64,000 bases of DNA from Amphiscolops sp. MND2022 (lineage: Eukaryota), in assembly GCA_964187785.1 (NCBI GenBank), contig OZ076409.1, forward strand, positions 57,848,001-57,912,000, in the 5' to 3' direction. Positions 36,601-49,409 of this stretch are shown in pieces. The position numbers and the translations under genes are program-made. Within the stretch, counting starts at the first letter, position 1. The number at the start of each line of letters is the position of its first letter. Under the pieces are notes generated by a model. That model was not told where the DNA came from and searched no databases. It saw nothing but the letters and a program-made list of their open reading frames with translations.

Positions 36601-39600
36601 CTCCCAGTTAGCCGATCAACTTCGGAGCTGGTACGAAATGGAATCCTTTGCAGCGAAGAAACAAGTCGACCCGCTCTCAGCTGCCGGTGCTAGAGCGTCG
36701 AAACTTTTGCAAGACACGACATACCAAGACGGATGCCGATATCAAGTCGGTATGTTGTGGGCTGATGACGACAGTAGCCTTCCGAACAACTACTTCTCAG
36801 CCTTAGTGCAACTGAAATCCCTCGAACGCCGACTCGAACGTACTCCGGATCTGAAAGCAAGCTACGCTCAGACGATAAAAGACAACTTCGACAAGGGATA
36901 CATCGTTAAGGTCCATAAGCCCGATTGTTTCAAAGTTGACAACCCTCGTGAGTGGTACCTACCGCACCACCCGGTGGTACACCTACACAAGCCAGGTAAA
37001 GTTCGCAGTGTACTTAATGGCGCTGCCAACTTCCACGGTGTTTCACTGAACAACGCACTACTTACTGGTCCAGATTTGTTGCAAACATTGATTCATGTGC
37101 TAATGCGCTTCCGACAACATCCCTACGCTGTCTCCGCTGACATAGAAGGAATGTTGTTGCAAGTTGGCGTGATTCCTCAAGACCGACCGTCTCTTCGTTT
37201 TCTGTGGCGGGAGGACCCAGCAACAGACGTCGCTGTGTACCAGTATATACGCCACATTTTGGGTTCAAAGGATTCACCTACTTGTGCCAACTATGCGCTT
37301 CAACGAACAGCACGTGATAACTGCAAAAAATTCCCGGAAGCCGCGAAAAGTGTCGAAAACTATTTTTATATGGACGATTATCTTGAGTCGAGCGCGATCA
37401 TTGACGAAGCAACCAAGAAATCTCAAGACCTTGTGAAAATGTTATCGAAAGGCGGTTTCACGTTAACCAAGTTTGTCAGTAACGTCCCCAACTTATCTAA
37501 CCGCCTCGACCCGAAAATTGAATTTGGTACCAAAACCGATGAAAAACTTTTGCAGCCGAAGATAAAAATTCTCATGTCTTAGGCTTGAATTGGAACCACT
37601 GGTTTGACACATTAGTTGTCAGTCGCGGAACCAGTGCCGACTTGAACCGACCTATAACACAACGCGTTGTTTTAAGCCTGGTCTCGGCAGTTTACGACCC
37701 CATTGGACTTGTTGCGCCACACACTGTAACAGCCCGGCTTTTGTTAAAAGATAGTTGGCGCCTTAGCGGGCAACAATGGGACAATAACCTACCGGAAGAC
37801 ATCTGTAAAAACATCCTCGATTGGGCTGAAGAACTTCCCACTTTGAGTTGCACATATTCGGCGACAGCTCTCAAAACGCGTTCTCGGCAGTTGCCTATCT
37901 CCGTGCGAAGTGAACAACGGCAAAGGTATGACTACCGAACTAGTCTTTGTTTTCGGGAAAGCTCGCGTTGCTCCAATGAAAGCACTCACAATACCGAAGT
38001 TGGAACTTCAAGCAGCTCTTCTCGCAGCCCGATTGAAAAATGAAGTTCAAAAGGCACTCACCCTAACTGTCGAACGAACGCTTATGTGGACAGACAGCAC
38101 CACTGTACTACAATGGTTTCACTCCATTGACAAACAACCCGTGTTCGTCGCCAATAGAGTTGCCGAGATACTTGAGCTGACGACAGTTGTTGAATGGAAC
38201 CACGTACCAACAGTTGACAATCCGGCCGACGCAGGCACCCGTGGCCTGTCAGCAAAAGCTCTTTTAGAGAGCACATGGCTGAAAGGTCCCGACTTCTTGA
38301 GGACTTCTGATTGGCCCTTCAAACCATCAGATGAAATTATGAAGTCAAAATCAAAGAAACTTGACTCCGAAAAAGTCCCTACCGAAACCAAATACCAAGA
38401 GACGACAGAGACGAATACCGCAAATGTAGTCTTCAATGCCCTAACTCTGGAGTGGCAAAAGTACAGCTCTTACGAGAAACTTTTGCGCATTTTGGCTTCT
38501 ATTTTGCGCCTTTTGCCGAAATTTTCCAACAACCGAACAAAAACAGGGTCAATAACGGATCCGTCCGAACTTGAAGTTGCCGAGCAGAAACTTATCTACT
38601 TAGTACAATCGGAATCGTTTCCGAACGAGAAGAGAAGTTGCTGAAATGTCTGGCGATCAGTAAACCCTCAGCAATAAAGGACTTTTCACCCTTCATTGGT
38701 CCAAACGGTCTCCTCCGAGCACAAGGTCGTACAAAACAACTCGAAGTTGCCATATTTGACGTCAAACATCCCATCTTGCTTGACAGTCGCCACACAGCAG
38801 TTCGATTATTCCTTGAGCATCTCCACGAGAAACACTGCCATCAAGGTGTCGAGTACCCGAGAGCCTTGATACAGCAGAAGTATGCCATTGTCAAATTGAG
38901 AACTGCATTGCGATCAATACAATCCAGATGCGTAACCTGTTTGCAAACGCAAAGCGGAAACGTTGACACCGATGATAGCTGATTTGCCAAAAAAACGCCT
39001 CGCCTTTGCATCACCACCATTCACCATCATCACCATCAACACTGGATTAGATTACTTTGGTCCCTTTTACGTTTCTGTCAAACGCTCCACAGAGAAGCGG
39101 TGGGGATTCCTCTTCACATGTCTAACTACCCGCGCTGTCCATTTTGAAGTTGTGCCGTCAATGGATACAAGTAGTTGCGTCAAGGGAATTGAGAGATTTG
39201 TCTCACGTCGGGGCATTCCCGCCGTCATCTGGTCGGACAACGGGACAATTTTTGTGGCGACTGAGAAAGAACTTCTTCAGAACGTTCTTAACTGGAATCA
39301 GCAAGCCATTACTGAGTCTATGGTCAAGAAAGGTATCAACTGGAAATTCAATCCTCCTAGCGCGGTGTCTGGGAAGGGCTAGTGAAACATTTAAACACAC
39401 ATTCTATGCGATACTTGGCAACAGACGTTTGACAGACGAAATCCTAACAACTGTTTTCTGTCTCGTAGAGCAGAGCCTCAACGCTCGCCCGTTAGTTCCA
39501 GCAAGCGCAGATGCCACTGATATGGATGCTTTGACACCCAACTACTTCCTGCTTGGAACCGCTGTCTCGTCTCTACCATGTCATTCCAACTGTGATCTCG

Positions 39601-39926
39601 ACCACCGCAAGCGATATGCACGCGCGCAAGCATACTCTGACGCCATCTGGAGCAGGTGGCTGAAAGAGTATGTACCGACTTTGAATCGTCGCGCCAAGTG
39701 GTCAACACAGTCTGACAGACAACTGAAGACCGGACATCTCGTTTGGATGGTAGAAGCCACAAGTCCTAGAGGCTACTACCCTCTCGCACGCGTAGTCAAA
39801 CTCCACTTTGGCAACGATGCCGTCGCCCGTTCTGCTGAAGTTAAAACCACGTCCAGAAACCTCGTCCGTCCGGTCGTGAAACTAGCTCCAGTTCTCCATC
39901 CCACCGATCTTGCCGATTCCCATTAA
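33621..39926 (+). pseudogene. BEL/Pao gag-pol polyprotein, frameshifted
   Basis: Coiled-coil N-terminus, BEL gag core (YNGDPLQWHEW..LERKFG), three Cys/His knuckles (CIACKEIHPLWRC, CFSCFKENHSFRQC, CNKDDCSSSHNTLLH), protease LCDSACSHSW, RT WYLPHH / ADIEGM / YMDD, RNase H ARVAP..IPKLELQAA / WTDS / NPADAGTRG, integrase GLDYFGP / SDNGT, C-terminal RPVVKL; many frame breaks. Confidence 0.96.
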
Positions 39927-40105
39927 TTTCCCTTCTTGTTATGCATTAATCACATGCACCTTTCCTGTTTAACCACATGTATCTTTGTTACACATGTATC
40001 ATATAGTGTCGTTGTACCAAACCGACCAAAAAAATTCAAAAAAATGAAAAAAACTGTTTTTTTCCTTTATAAAGAAACATTCCTCATCTTCTTGGGCCCG
40101 GAGGA

Positions 40106-40510
40106 TGTTGCGGCAGCAATGTCGTTAATTAAAAGTAATCAAACAATGAGGCCAAATAGCTCAGTTTGTTAGAGCACCGGTCTCAGAACCAAAAGATCGC
40201 AGGTTCGATTCCCGGTAACTGCAAATTTTTGGGAAAAACCCAAATATTCAAAATATCGCTAGTTTTTGCAAATATATCTCAAAAAAAACCTTGAAAACAC
40301 TTCAAAAAGGTCTTGCTATCTTGTTATTTACCATTGTTTGTAATTGTTTGTAAATGTTATTGATCATTTGTCTGCCAAAAGCAATAATTTGACCGTTTAA
40401 CATTTTCATTTTTGCCTCGATTTGTGATCAAATCCCGTATGTTTGGCCCTCAATACATTGTTGAACTCCAAATACGAAGTCTAGATTACCGAGAATTTAG
40501 CCCTTTTACA
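40106..40510 (+). repeat. BEL 3' LTR (405 bp)
   Basis: Direct repeat of 31483-31886, preceded by a purine-rich tract and followed by the TSD. Confidence 0.97.
40150..40230 (+). ncRNA. tRNA-like Pol III cassette in the BEL 3' LTR with T5 terminator
   Basis: Same A box/D stem and B box as the 5' copy; TTTTT at 40226-40230 immediately after the tRNA-length body. Confidence 0.75.
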
Positions 40511-40515
40511 ACCTT

Positions 40516-43500
40516 TGCAGTATCTCTAGTTCTCTGACAAGGAAGAAGACTTCGCTGTGTGGCAGGAGCGATTCGAGGTGTTCTGTTTCACGAAGAAGCT
40601 GCTGAAAATCCTGATTGGAACAGATGCTGGTTCGAATGACAAGAAGTACGAAATTTGGGCGTACTTGGTACAGTGTCTCGACAGCCGCAGTAACATGATG
40701 CTAACGAACGACTGCAAGGGTGATGGTCCGAAGGCATGGCAACTACTGCAGGACCACTTCAAAAGCACCGAAACACCGAAGTTGATGAACCTATTGGAGA
40801 AGTTCACAACCCTGCGATTGGAGCCCACGGAGAGCATGGTTGACTACCTGACTCGATCGTAGTATGTGAGTATGCGAGTATGTGAGTATGAACTTGCTGG
40901 TGAGAAAGTTTCTGGAAACATGTTAACTTCAATAGTTCTCAAGGGTTTGCCTCCCGAAGATGACTACTTTAAAACTGTGCACAATTTTTCGAAAGATAAG
41001 GCGTCTTTCGCGGAAGTGAAGAAGGCATTTAAAAAATTCGAATGTTCTCGTAACCTACAAACTGCGACAGCTGCCAATGAAATTGTTGCTTTGTTATCCA
41101 AAGGAACTGTTGCGAAAAGTTCCGCGCGAAAACCTGAAAAGTTCACTGGGAAGTGTATGCGTTGCGGTAAAAGTGGACATAAACAAGGCAGCCACTTGCA
41201 GAGTATCTCAGTGCAACTTTTGCAGGCGTTTTTGCCATGAAGAGAATATGTATTTCAAGAAAAACCCTCTTTTAAACCCTAGGTCAAGTGCTGAGACAGG
41301 AGAGTCAAACCTAGCTGAGGACTTAGTTTTCTTTTGCGATGGTAGTGAGACTGCACTCACTAGCCAAAAATGCGAGGTGAAGAAGCACACTTTGGTCATT
41401 GATTCTGGTGCTTGCTCGCATATGTTTTTGACCGTTCTCAGTTCTTCGACTTTAGCGAAGAAACACAACGCAAAGTAAAAAATGCGAATGGGACTTTTTC
41501 GCAAGTTAAGGGTATTGGAAAATTTTACTTTTGGACAAGGATGGGATCGAACAATGTGTGACACTTTCGGACTGTCTTTTTCTTCCCGATCATTCTCATA
41601 AGTTGTTCAGCGTTAGCAAGTTGAGACAAAACAGGGCTCACGTGGACTTCGGACAATCTCTGAGCGTTTTTGTCAATGGAAGAGCAACTATTTCTTTTGA
41701 AGAGCACGCTAATCTTTACGTTTTGGAAAGGAAAGACATTTGATCTTTGTTCTTTTCCCGGCGAGAACGAAGAAGCGGTGCTGTGGCATCATCGCCTTGG
41801 TCACAACAATTTCAAAAATCTGAAATGTTTGGCTCATCGTGTTTCAGGAATGAGCTTGAAATACACTGCTTTTGATGACCTTTGTTGTTGTGAATTTGGC
41901 AAAATTTCGAAGTCACCATGGCAACCAGTATCGCGAAAAATGGAGAAAAGAAAATTTTCGAAACTTGATCTCGTTTCCACTGACATTTTGGGACCGATGC
42001 CAACTACTTGGTGGCAACCAATACGCTATTTCTTTTACAGATAGCTACAGCAGGTACTCAGCGGAATGGTTCCTCTAATCGAAGTAGGAGAGAGATCAAT
42101 TCAAAGTTCTTTGTGAGCAAGGGGGAACGCCCAGAGCAATCCGTTCTGATAATGGAAAAGAGTACATTTCCAAGTCTTTCCGAAGTTTTTGTATATCAAA
42201 CCGAATCAAACGTGAGCATACTGCCTCTTATTCGCCTCATCAAATGGTGTGAGTGAACGTCGCTGGCGAACAACAGTCGAAATGGCTCGCTGCATGCTAA
42301 AAACAGCCAATATCGGCAAAGAGTTTTGGGTTCGGCCTTACACACTGCTATTTACATTTCAAAACGTTGCCTCACAGTCAATTTCCCAAAAGGTAAAACG
42401 CTCTTCGAAATGTTCTTTGGTGAAAAACCAGATCTTTCCAATTTGAAAGTTTTTGGTTGTACTGCTTTCAAACTCAATGAAACGCATCAAGACAAAGTTT
42501 CCGATAAAGCCACCGAAGAACTTTTTGTTGGTTATTCTGAGGATTCCGAAGCATATATTTTGTACAATTCTTACTCTAAAATGACTTCGTTTTCTCGCAA
42601 CGTCTCCTTTGATGAGACTTCTTTTAACTCTTTTGAAGCGCCGCACCCAAGTCAGAACATCCAAGCATTTGTAACCGAAAAGCCGGCATCGAAGCAAGGT
42701 TTGCCTGAAACACAGAAACATTTTTGCGAAAAATCTCAGTTCCTATTCCACCGACTGAAACATTGAACGACTTCGAAACTGAAACAACTCCTTCCCCGTT
42801 GATGTTGTTTCATCTGAAAACATTGATGCTATTGAAAGTAGTGTTTTTTCGCGGTCTAGAAGTGGGAGAGTTATCAAACGTCCTGCGTATCTCGACGACC
42901 ACGTTCTTTTAACGGATGACAGCGATGAGAATCTAACTTAACGTGAAGCAATGAAGTCATCACCTAAAAGCGAATGGATCGAAGCTACTCTAAAGGAGTA
43001 CAATGCGCTCATTGAGAACAAGAGATGCGTGTTTTCTCCGCTTCCCCGGGCCAAAAAGCAATTGGAACCCGGTGGGTTTTCAAAATTAAGCGACACGACG
43101 ACGGAACTATTAGGAAATTCGAGGCTCGTTTCGTAGCCAAGGGTTTTCGCAAGTTTTTGGAACCGATAACGATAAAACTTTTGCGCCTACTGCCAAACTT
43201 TGTACATTGAGGTTTTCTTTTGCGCTCGCTGCTTCTTGGTCGACTTCTGTTTTTCAGTTAGACGTCCGTTCATCCTTTCTCAATGCGAACTTAAGTGATG
43301 AAGTTTACATAGCCAGCAGGCTTTGCGCAAGCAGGGGCTAATGGTGAAACACTTTATTGCAAGCTTCAAAAATGTCTTTATGGTTTAAAGCAAGCAGGGA
43401 GGGAATGGAACAAAACCTTAACCCAGTGGTTTTTGAAGAACGAATTTATACAGTCTGCCGAAGGATCATTGTCTTCTTCGTTGCGATGGGAACAATGTTG

Positions 43501-44125
43501 CCCAACTTTTTGTACGAGTCTAGGTCGACCACGTTTTGTACTTTCCAAACAACGACAAAATGCTGCATGATTTCAAAGCGGAACTCAGCGATGCATTCAG
43601 CATCGATGAACGTGGGAAAATGACTTGGTTTTTGGGACGCAATGTTGAAAAGTTGCATTTCCGTTAGTCAGCAGTCGTATATAAAGGACATTTTGCGCAA
43701 AAGCCATATGTCTGATTGTAAATCCGTCAGTACGCCAGCTATACCCCATACGAAACAGTCTGAATCGGACTGCCCTATCGAAGGCAGTAAAAAATCACTT
43801 GAGTTTTGCGAGCAGAAACAATATCGTAGCTTAGTTGGAAACTTATTGTATTTATCCGTTGTTAGTCGCCCCGATATTTGCTTTGCTGTGTATAACTTAG
43901 CGCAATTCGTGTCAAATCCCGGTAAAGCCCATTGGCGTGCATTGAAACACCTTCTCCGTTTTCTCAGGGGCACCGAATCTATCTCTTGTGTATAATCGCT
44001 CTGAAAATCTTGAACGTTTTGGTTTTTCGGCTTCCGATTGGGCCACCGACAAAGATGATCATTAGTCAACTTCGGTTTTTTGCTTCAAACTAAGTCGTTT
44101 TGGTAGTGTTGTCTCTTGGGCGTCC
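40516..44125 (+). pseudogene. Copia gag-pol polyprotein pseudogene
   Basis: Zn knuckle CMRCGKSGH, protease VIDSGACSHM, LWHHRLGH, integrase TDILGPM / RSDNGKEY / SERRWRTTVEMARCML, LKVFGC, RT KAIGTRWVFKIK / YRSLVGNLLYL..RPDI, start of RNase H SDWA..STSGF; many frameshifts and stops. Confidence 0.92.
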
Positions 44126-44481
44126 TATGTGTCCTAATTTTTCCTATGTGTCGCGGGAATATCCGTGCGAGATGTACGGAGCGCAACATAATTGAAGCAG
44201 TCAACGTCACCACATGACGACTTTACATCTTTGTGCTTTTACTTTATGCTGCATTATGCGGTTTGTAGAACAACATATGCGGAAACTTCACAAAACAACA
44301 TGATGTTTACACTTGGAAACAGCAAATTGTTTATCTTCCTGACAGTGCTAGTGAGTTATACTGAGTTATGCGGTTTTCATAAAGCAGTAAATGCGGAATT
44401 ATAATAGCAAACAGCACAGTTCCCACAATATTCGGCATTAATCCGCCGCTACTTCGGAGATATTTTTTAACTTCCTAGGGA

Positions 44482-45700
44482 TGTGACGTAATGGTTTATT
44501 TTTAACTTCTGACCCTAAAACAAGTATTATTGATATAAATGAAACTGATGGTCATACTACTGAAACTACCATCCAACAAAATCATTTGGGCAGAAACCCT
44601 TGAAAAGAGTCTTCCACACAATCATTCAACAAAAAACACTCACACAGTACAGTTTCTCAGGTTTGCCAAAAACACTTACAGTACCTAAATTTTACAGTTT
44701 CTTATTCTCTAGTTTCATTTACCCCAATTTCGTTGGAATTTGAAAATTTTCGCGCCTAACAATAACTTCATCATGAGAAACAGATAACGAAATAAACGGT
44801 CCAGGAGAGTCGAATCTCAATGTTCAGACAGTGATGAAAACACCTCAGAAACAAGCTTCACACAGAATAATGCGATTTCAGTTAATATTTCTTAGACTGG
44901 TAATGACACCTTCGACAGGAAATAAGGCAGCGAAGTACCAGAACTTTCACAATTCAGTAACGAGACATAAGTTATGTCTCAGAGTTTGACTGAACAAATG
45001 AACAAAACAATTGAAAAACGCATTAGATTGAAATACAACTACAACTTAAACTTGAAGAAATACTCACAGAAATTGGAGCAATAAGACACAACTGAACAAG
45101 TGGAGAAAACGATGCTCAGAACAACAATGCTGATCATTCTCTTTCAGAAACTAACCATCTCAGGAGAAAACACTCATCTAACACTGAAATTGATAAAAAC
45201 AAAAATCCGGATAATCACTTCCAGTTTTCAAATATGAATAAACTAGGACATCATTCAACTCCTCTGGGAGATGTAACCGAGATCGAACGGAAAATATAAA
45301 CTAACTGAAGATAGACCGGAAGCCGAATATCACATGGTGACAGGACCTACCAAAAACATCCTGAGACAAAGTTCTTACAATTCAAACACGGCAAATACAC
45401 AAGGATCACAACGCAGAGCATCTTTTTCTCGAGCATCCTAAACTATCAGACCTCATCAGTCAGATTGCCCAAGCAACCCAGAAGCTAGTAAGCAAAAACC
45501 CAGAACCATTATTCTTTCATCCGAAAATACAGTTTTCCATTATTTTCAATGCAAAACTAGACAGAAACGAGACGTTTGAGTACTTCGAAGACCTCTTTCA
45601 CACAACACTTAAAATAAAACCACATCTCAATCTCACTGAAGAGATGAAATAAAACAATTTTTGCGCCCATATCGAATTGGCGTTGAAAATTGCGAACTTC
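44482..45700 (+). mobile_element. Truncated Gypsy-like element: 5' LTR (44482-45334), PBS and degraded gag start
   Basis: TGTGA..TCACA termini, PBS-like TGGTGACAGGA at 45335, then gag-like remnants (ISQIAQA, ETFEYFEDLFHTTLK..EEMK). Superfamily assignment is inference. Confidence 0.65.
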
Positions 45701-45731
45701 GACGACACTATTATAATTATTTGAAGATCGA

Positions 45732-46199
45732 TCAGAAGTTGGTTATAACATTATGGTTAGCCATCTTTCGTGTTTTCGGCACTGTATTTCTGATAGTTTC
45801 TTCTTTGTTTCGGCTGCTTATTGGAGTGGTTTTAGAAGTAGTCGCTTCTGATTTTAAAGATGGTTTTGAGTTTATAGGTGTTGATGTAGATGTAGGATGG
45901 TTATTTTCCGTTTCAGAGTCGGAATCTTCTACATTTTGGTGGATCACTAGTTTCTTGATAACGCTGGCTATAAGTTTTAACATCTCCTTTTGGTTCTCAG
46001 CTAGAATTTTTGTCATATCAGACAATTTCTCTTTTCTCAAGGATGCTTTTATTCCATCTAGTTTTTCGGTCTGACTTTTAGGCGACTCACCGGGTCCTGC
46101 TACTAGGTTCTCAGGTTGACTACTGGCCGCTACAGAGGCTTCAAACTCTCCTGATGCTAGCTCTGCTACAGCTTTCCTTTTTCGACTTCGGGTTGTCAT
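45732..46199 (-). CDS. Retroelement-derived ORF fragment (basic N-terminus, coiled coil, S/T-rich), probably LTR-borne gag leader
   Basis: 155-aa ORF MTTRSRKRKAVAEL..KILAENQKEMLKL..TPISSRN; same layout as the LTR ORFs at 44773 and 48851; possible LTR end (CA) at 45806. Confidence 0.4.
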   Translation of the reverse strand: MTTRSRKRKAVAELASGEFEASVAASSQPENLVAGPGESPKSQTEKLDGIKASLRKEKLSDMTKILAENQKEMLKLIASVIKKLVIHQNVEDSDSETENNHPTSTSTPINSKPSLKSEATTSKTTPISSRNKEETIRNTVPKTRKMANHNVITNF

Positions 46200-46765
46200 T
46201 TTTAGAGTTTAAAAGTAGAAAATTGATCTCTGGAGACAAAGAAGTCTTCAAAAAAATTTCTTCTTCAACAACGAAGATTGCGATTTCGTAGAACAACAGA
46301 AATGTTAACTAACTCCTTGCATGTCGGGTTTACAAATTTATACTTTTCTAGCATCATTTGTTCCTCACCCAAAATTTCTAGGAATCACAAAACTCGGGTT
46401 CATTCACAGAAAATCCTTAAAAATCAAAATCATTTGCGACCCGCGTCATTAAATTGGGTATCAAAATTCCTAGAGGCGTCACCCTTCTGTAGCATTTGCT
46501 GAAATCGTTTTTGTTCATGCTAATGCATTTCCTGTTTGGACTTGAAATGACGGCAAAGAAGTCTACTCAAAAATTTCACCGACAGAGGCACGTCGGAGAG
46601 ATCAATTAGTCAATTTCCAAGTTGAGATTAGAGCACAAATATGACCCGCAAAATTGCCAACGCAACTGAAACGGAGCACATAATTTCAAGATTGGAAATA
46701 TCTAAGTAAAAGCTGACAGAGGAACAATTGATGCAGAGAAGATTTTCTACATGAAGATTGAAACG

Positions 46766-47730
46766 AGTTTTGCCCGGAGCAGGCTAACTGCTTTCATTTC
46801 AAACTACTACATTACATGTTTAACAACAACAAAATTAAAGTACATATTAACTCAAACTAATTTCCAAGTTTATGACATTTTCAATGGGTATTGGTACAAC
46901 TATAGTAATTGACCAGTATAGCTAGTACATGACTAACTTCAATGATTACAAATTACATCATCACTGCTTTTAAGGATTCAAAACAATATGATCAAGGAAA
47001 TTAGCATTGAAAAGAACTTGTTACAAACATTAGAAATTAACGCGTTGAGCACGCGAGATTAAGGACATATTTCACTGAGGTGGAGATCTCATCATTTACT
47101 CTTTCATCACCAAAACGGTGACCTTTCGTATTATATTAGGAATCTTCACCTAAAACGCAAAACGGTATTTAGGACGCTCAGGAATCGCACTGGCTTGGAA
47201 GTTAATTTATACAACGTTTGTTTTGCCCGGAGCTAGGACGCTCAAGATTAGCACTGGCTTGGAAGTTAATTTATACAACGATTGTTTTGCCCGGAGCAGG
47301 CTAACTATATTTGTTTCATACAACTACGTTACATCTTTAACAACAACAATGAATACATAATAACTCAAACCAATTTTGTAAGTTTATGACATTTTCAATG
47401 GGTATTGTTACAACTATAGTAATTGACCAGTATAGATAGGACGCGACTATTTTCAATGAATACAAATTACATCATCACTGCTTTTAGGGATTCAATACAC
47501 ATGATCAAGGAAATTATCATTGAAAAGAGCTTGTTACAAACTTTGAAAATTAACGTGTTGAGCACGCGAGATTAAGGACATATTTCACTGAGGTGGGGAT
47601 CTCATCATTTACTCTTTCATCACCAAAACGGTGACCTTTCGTATTATATCAGGATTTTTCACCTAAAAAGCAAAACGGTTTTTAAGTCGCTCAAGAATAG
47701 CACTGGCTTAGAAGTTACTTTATACAACGT
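46766..47730. repeat. Tandem duplication of a ~450-bp unit with a ~63-bp hybrid junction copy
   Basis: Units start TTTTGCCCGGAGC at ~46768, 47221 and ~47285 and end GAAGTTA(A/C)TTTATACAACG. Confidence 0.9.
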
Positions 47731-48630
47731 ACGGTCAGCGTTGCATGAACAAAATTTTATTTTCACAGATGTAGAGAATAGCACTTCAATTCACCTTACG
47801 GTACAGCTTTTGACATACAAAATCTTATCCTTAAAGTTCTTTTATTACATTTTTTCTCGAAACGATCCCATTCAAAACTAGCTCGCAATATCATTCAATA
47901 GTTACAATGTTACTATTCGCCCTCGTCGGAGCCTCGGCTCTGCGATGGAGCCATAGTGAAACCATGAACAAACAGAAAGGCCCCATCCACCTAAACGTGA
48001 GAAACTAATTTTATTTTATACGTAATTGAAGGTCATCTGAATGTTAAATATTTTCCCCATTCAAAGATTCATTGATTTGATGCTAATGTTAAATTGACAG
48101 TCTGAATGTCATTTTTGTCATGAATATTTGAAACTTCGAGCCTATTCATCTCTGTGTGACGTAATCTTGAAGCTACAGCGCTTTCGTTAATTCACCCTTG
48201 CAGTAATGAACATTTTCATTCATTTTCGACATACGGCATTATGCAGTTTAAAGACTGCCAATTCTGCGGCTTCATACAATTTTGCACAAAATCACTGTGC
48301 GGCAATTTACGGTTCTAAGAGTGACGCATATGCGTTCTCATGTGTTTTGCCAGCTTACGATATCAAACGTTTTTCCTAATGATGTTTACACGGTACTATA
48401 CATTTCCTGCAGAAAGAACTGTCATGTATAGATAATGCATATATGATTCCGTATGTCATTTGCAATACCTTGTACGTTGCTTTGTATTACCTTTTCTAAG
48501 GTCCAAAACGACCGCCAAGTTTGATTTGAATGTCATGGTATGATGATCGCAAGATATAAGTAGAATGCCTCTCTTTTGATGTAATGCTTTTTTCGTACTT
48601 TTCCCAACAATGACTCTTTAAAAAAAGGGA

Positions 48631-49409
48631 TGTCGAGCTTTCAATTTTGAGACCAGAAGTGTAATAGGAGAATCAATCATTCTTTTTCCTACTTTTATTG
48701 AGTGCAGCTGCCTCCAATTGCATTTCATTTGCTCAATCTGTAAACTTTTCTTCAACAATATTGATCAACAACTGACTCCTAGTTTCATCAACTCACTGAA
48801 GGAATTCATTTGTTTTCCCTCCGCAAATCCCAGTGTTTAATTAAGAAGCGATGGGAAACAAAAGAAACAGACGGTCTAGGAGATTAGAGACTTCTTCCTC
48901 GGAGAGAGAAGCCAACAACACTCAGTTAGAAACACCTAATACAGGTAACGAATCTTTAACTAATTCAAATGTGAATGTTCAGGTAGATTTAGGTGGTAAT
49001 AGCTCAGAAAATCAACTAGCCGAGCCTAGTCAAACTAGCAACGAAATACACAATAGCACAGAAAATTTGAAACAAAAAAGCAATGACCAAAAATACTAGA
49101 ATGAGAGAGGAAATGGACAAGAAATTGGAAACTATATCGAAAGAAAGTAGGTCCAAGAAAAGATTGTCAACAACCATAAATCCCAGATCAGAAACAGTAG
49201 AAAACAAGATCCACAACCATCGGGATCCAGGTCTATAAGAGTTGACGCATCCAACGGTGAAAATTCTGAGTCAAAAAAGGAGGATCATCCTCTAAGAACC
49301 TCAGGGTCCAAGGATCTGAGACATTCTGCAAAACCGTTTTACCGTGATGAGATAGATCTAGATGCAACATCGATTTCAAATGAGGACTCGCAGGAAGAGG
49401 ATTATCACA
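48631..49409 (+). repeat. 3' LTR of a Gypsy-like element, containing a degraded ORF (from 48851)
   Basis: Purine tract AAAAAAAGGGA then TGT..; ends TATCACA like the LTR at 44482-45334; ORF MGNKRNRRSRR..EDYH homologous to that LTR's ORF. Confidence 0.65.

Larger units (their letters stand above)
31483..40510 (+). mobile_element. Full-length BEL/Pao LTR retrotransposon (9028 bp)
   Basis: TG..CA LTR pair, 5-bp TSD ACCTT (31478-31482 and 40511-40515), PBS, PPT-like GGGCCCGGAGGA, BEL-type gag-PR-RT-RH-IN. Confidence 0.97.
30965..44125 (+). mobile_element. Degraded Ty1/Copia LTR retrotransposon, interrupted by a BEL element and 3'-truncated in RNase H
   Basis: LTR+PBS, gag ATG at 31470 continuing at 40516 (MDRPLQYL*FSDKEEDFAVWQERFE), Copia domain order gag-PR-IN-RT-RH; no 3' LTR seen. 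Confidence 0.9.

Noticed and set aside
34850..39400. Programmed frameshifts or readthrough in BEL gag-pol
   Set aside because: Breaks are numerous and fall inside conserved domains, consistent with neutral decay (LTRs ~5% diverged).
44482..49409. One intact element with paired LTRs
   Set aside because: The two LTRs are similar mainly at protein level, flanks (AGGGA vs GCTCC) give no TSD, and no pol lies between them.
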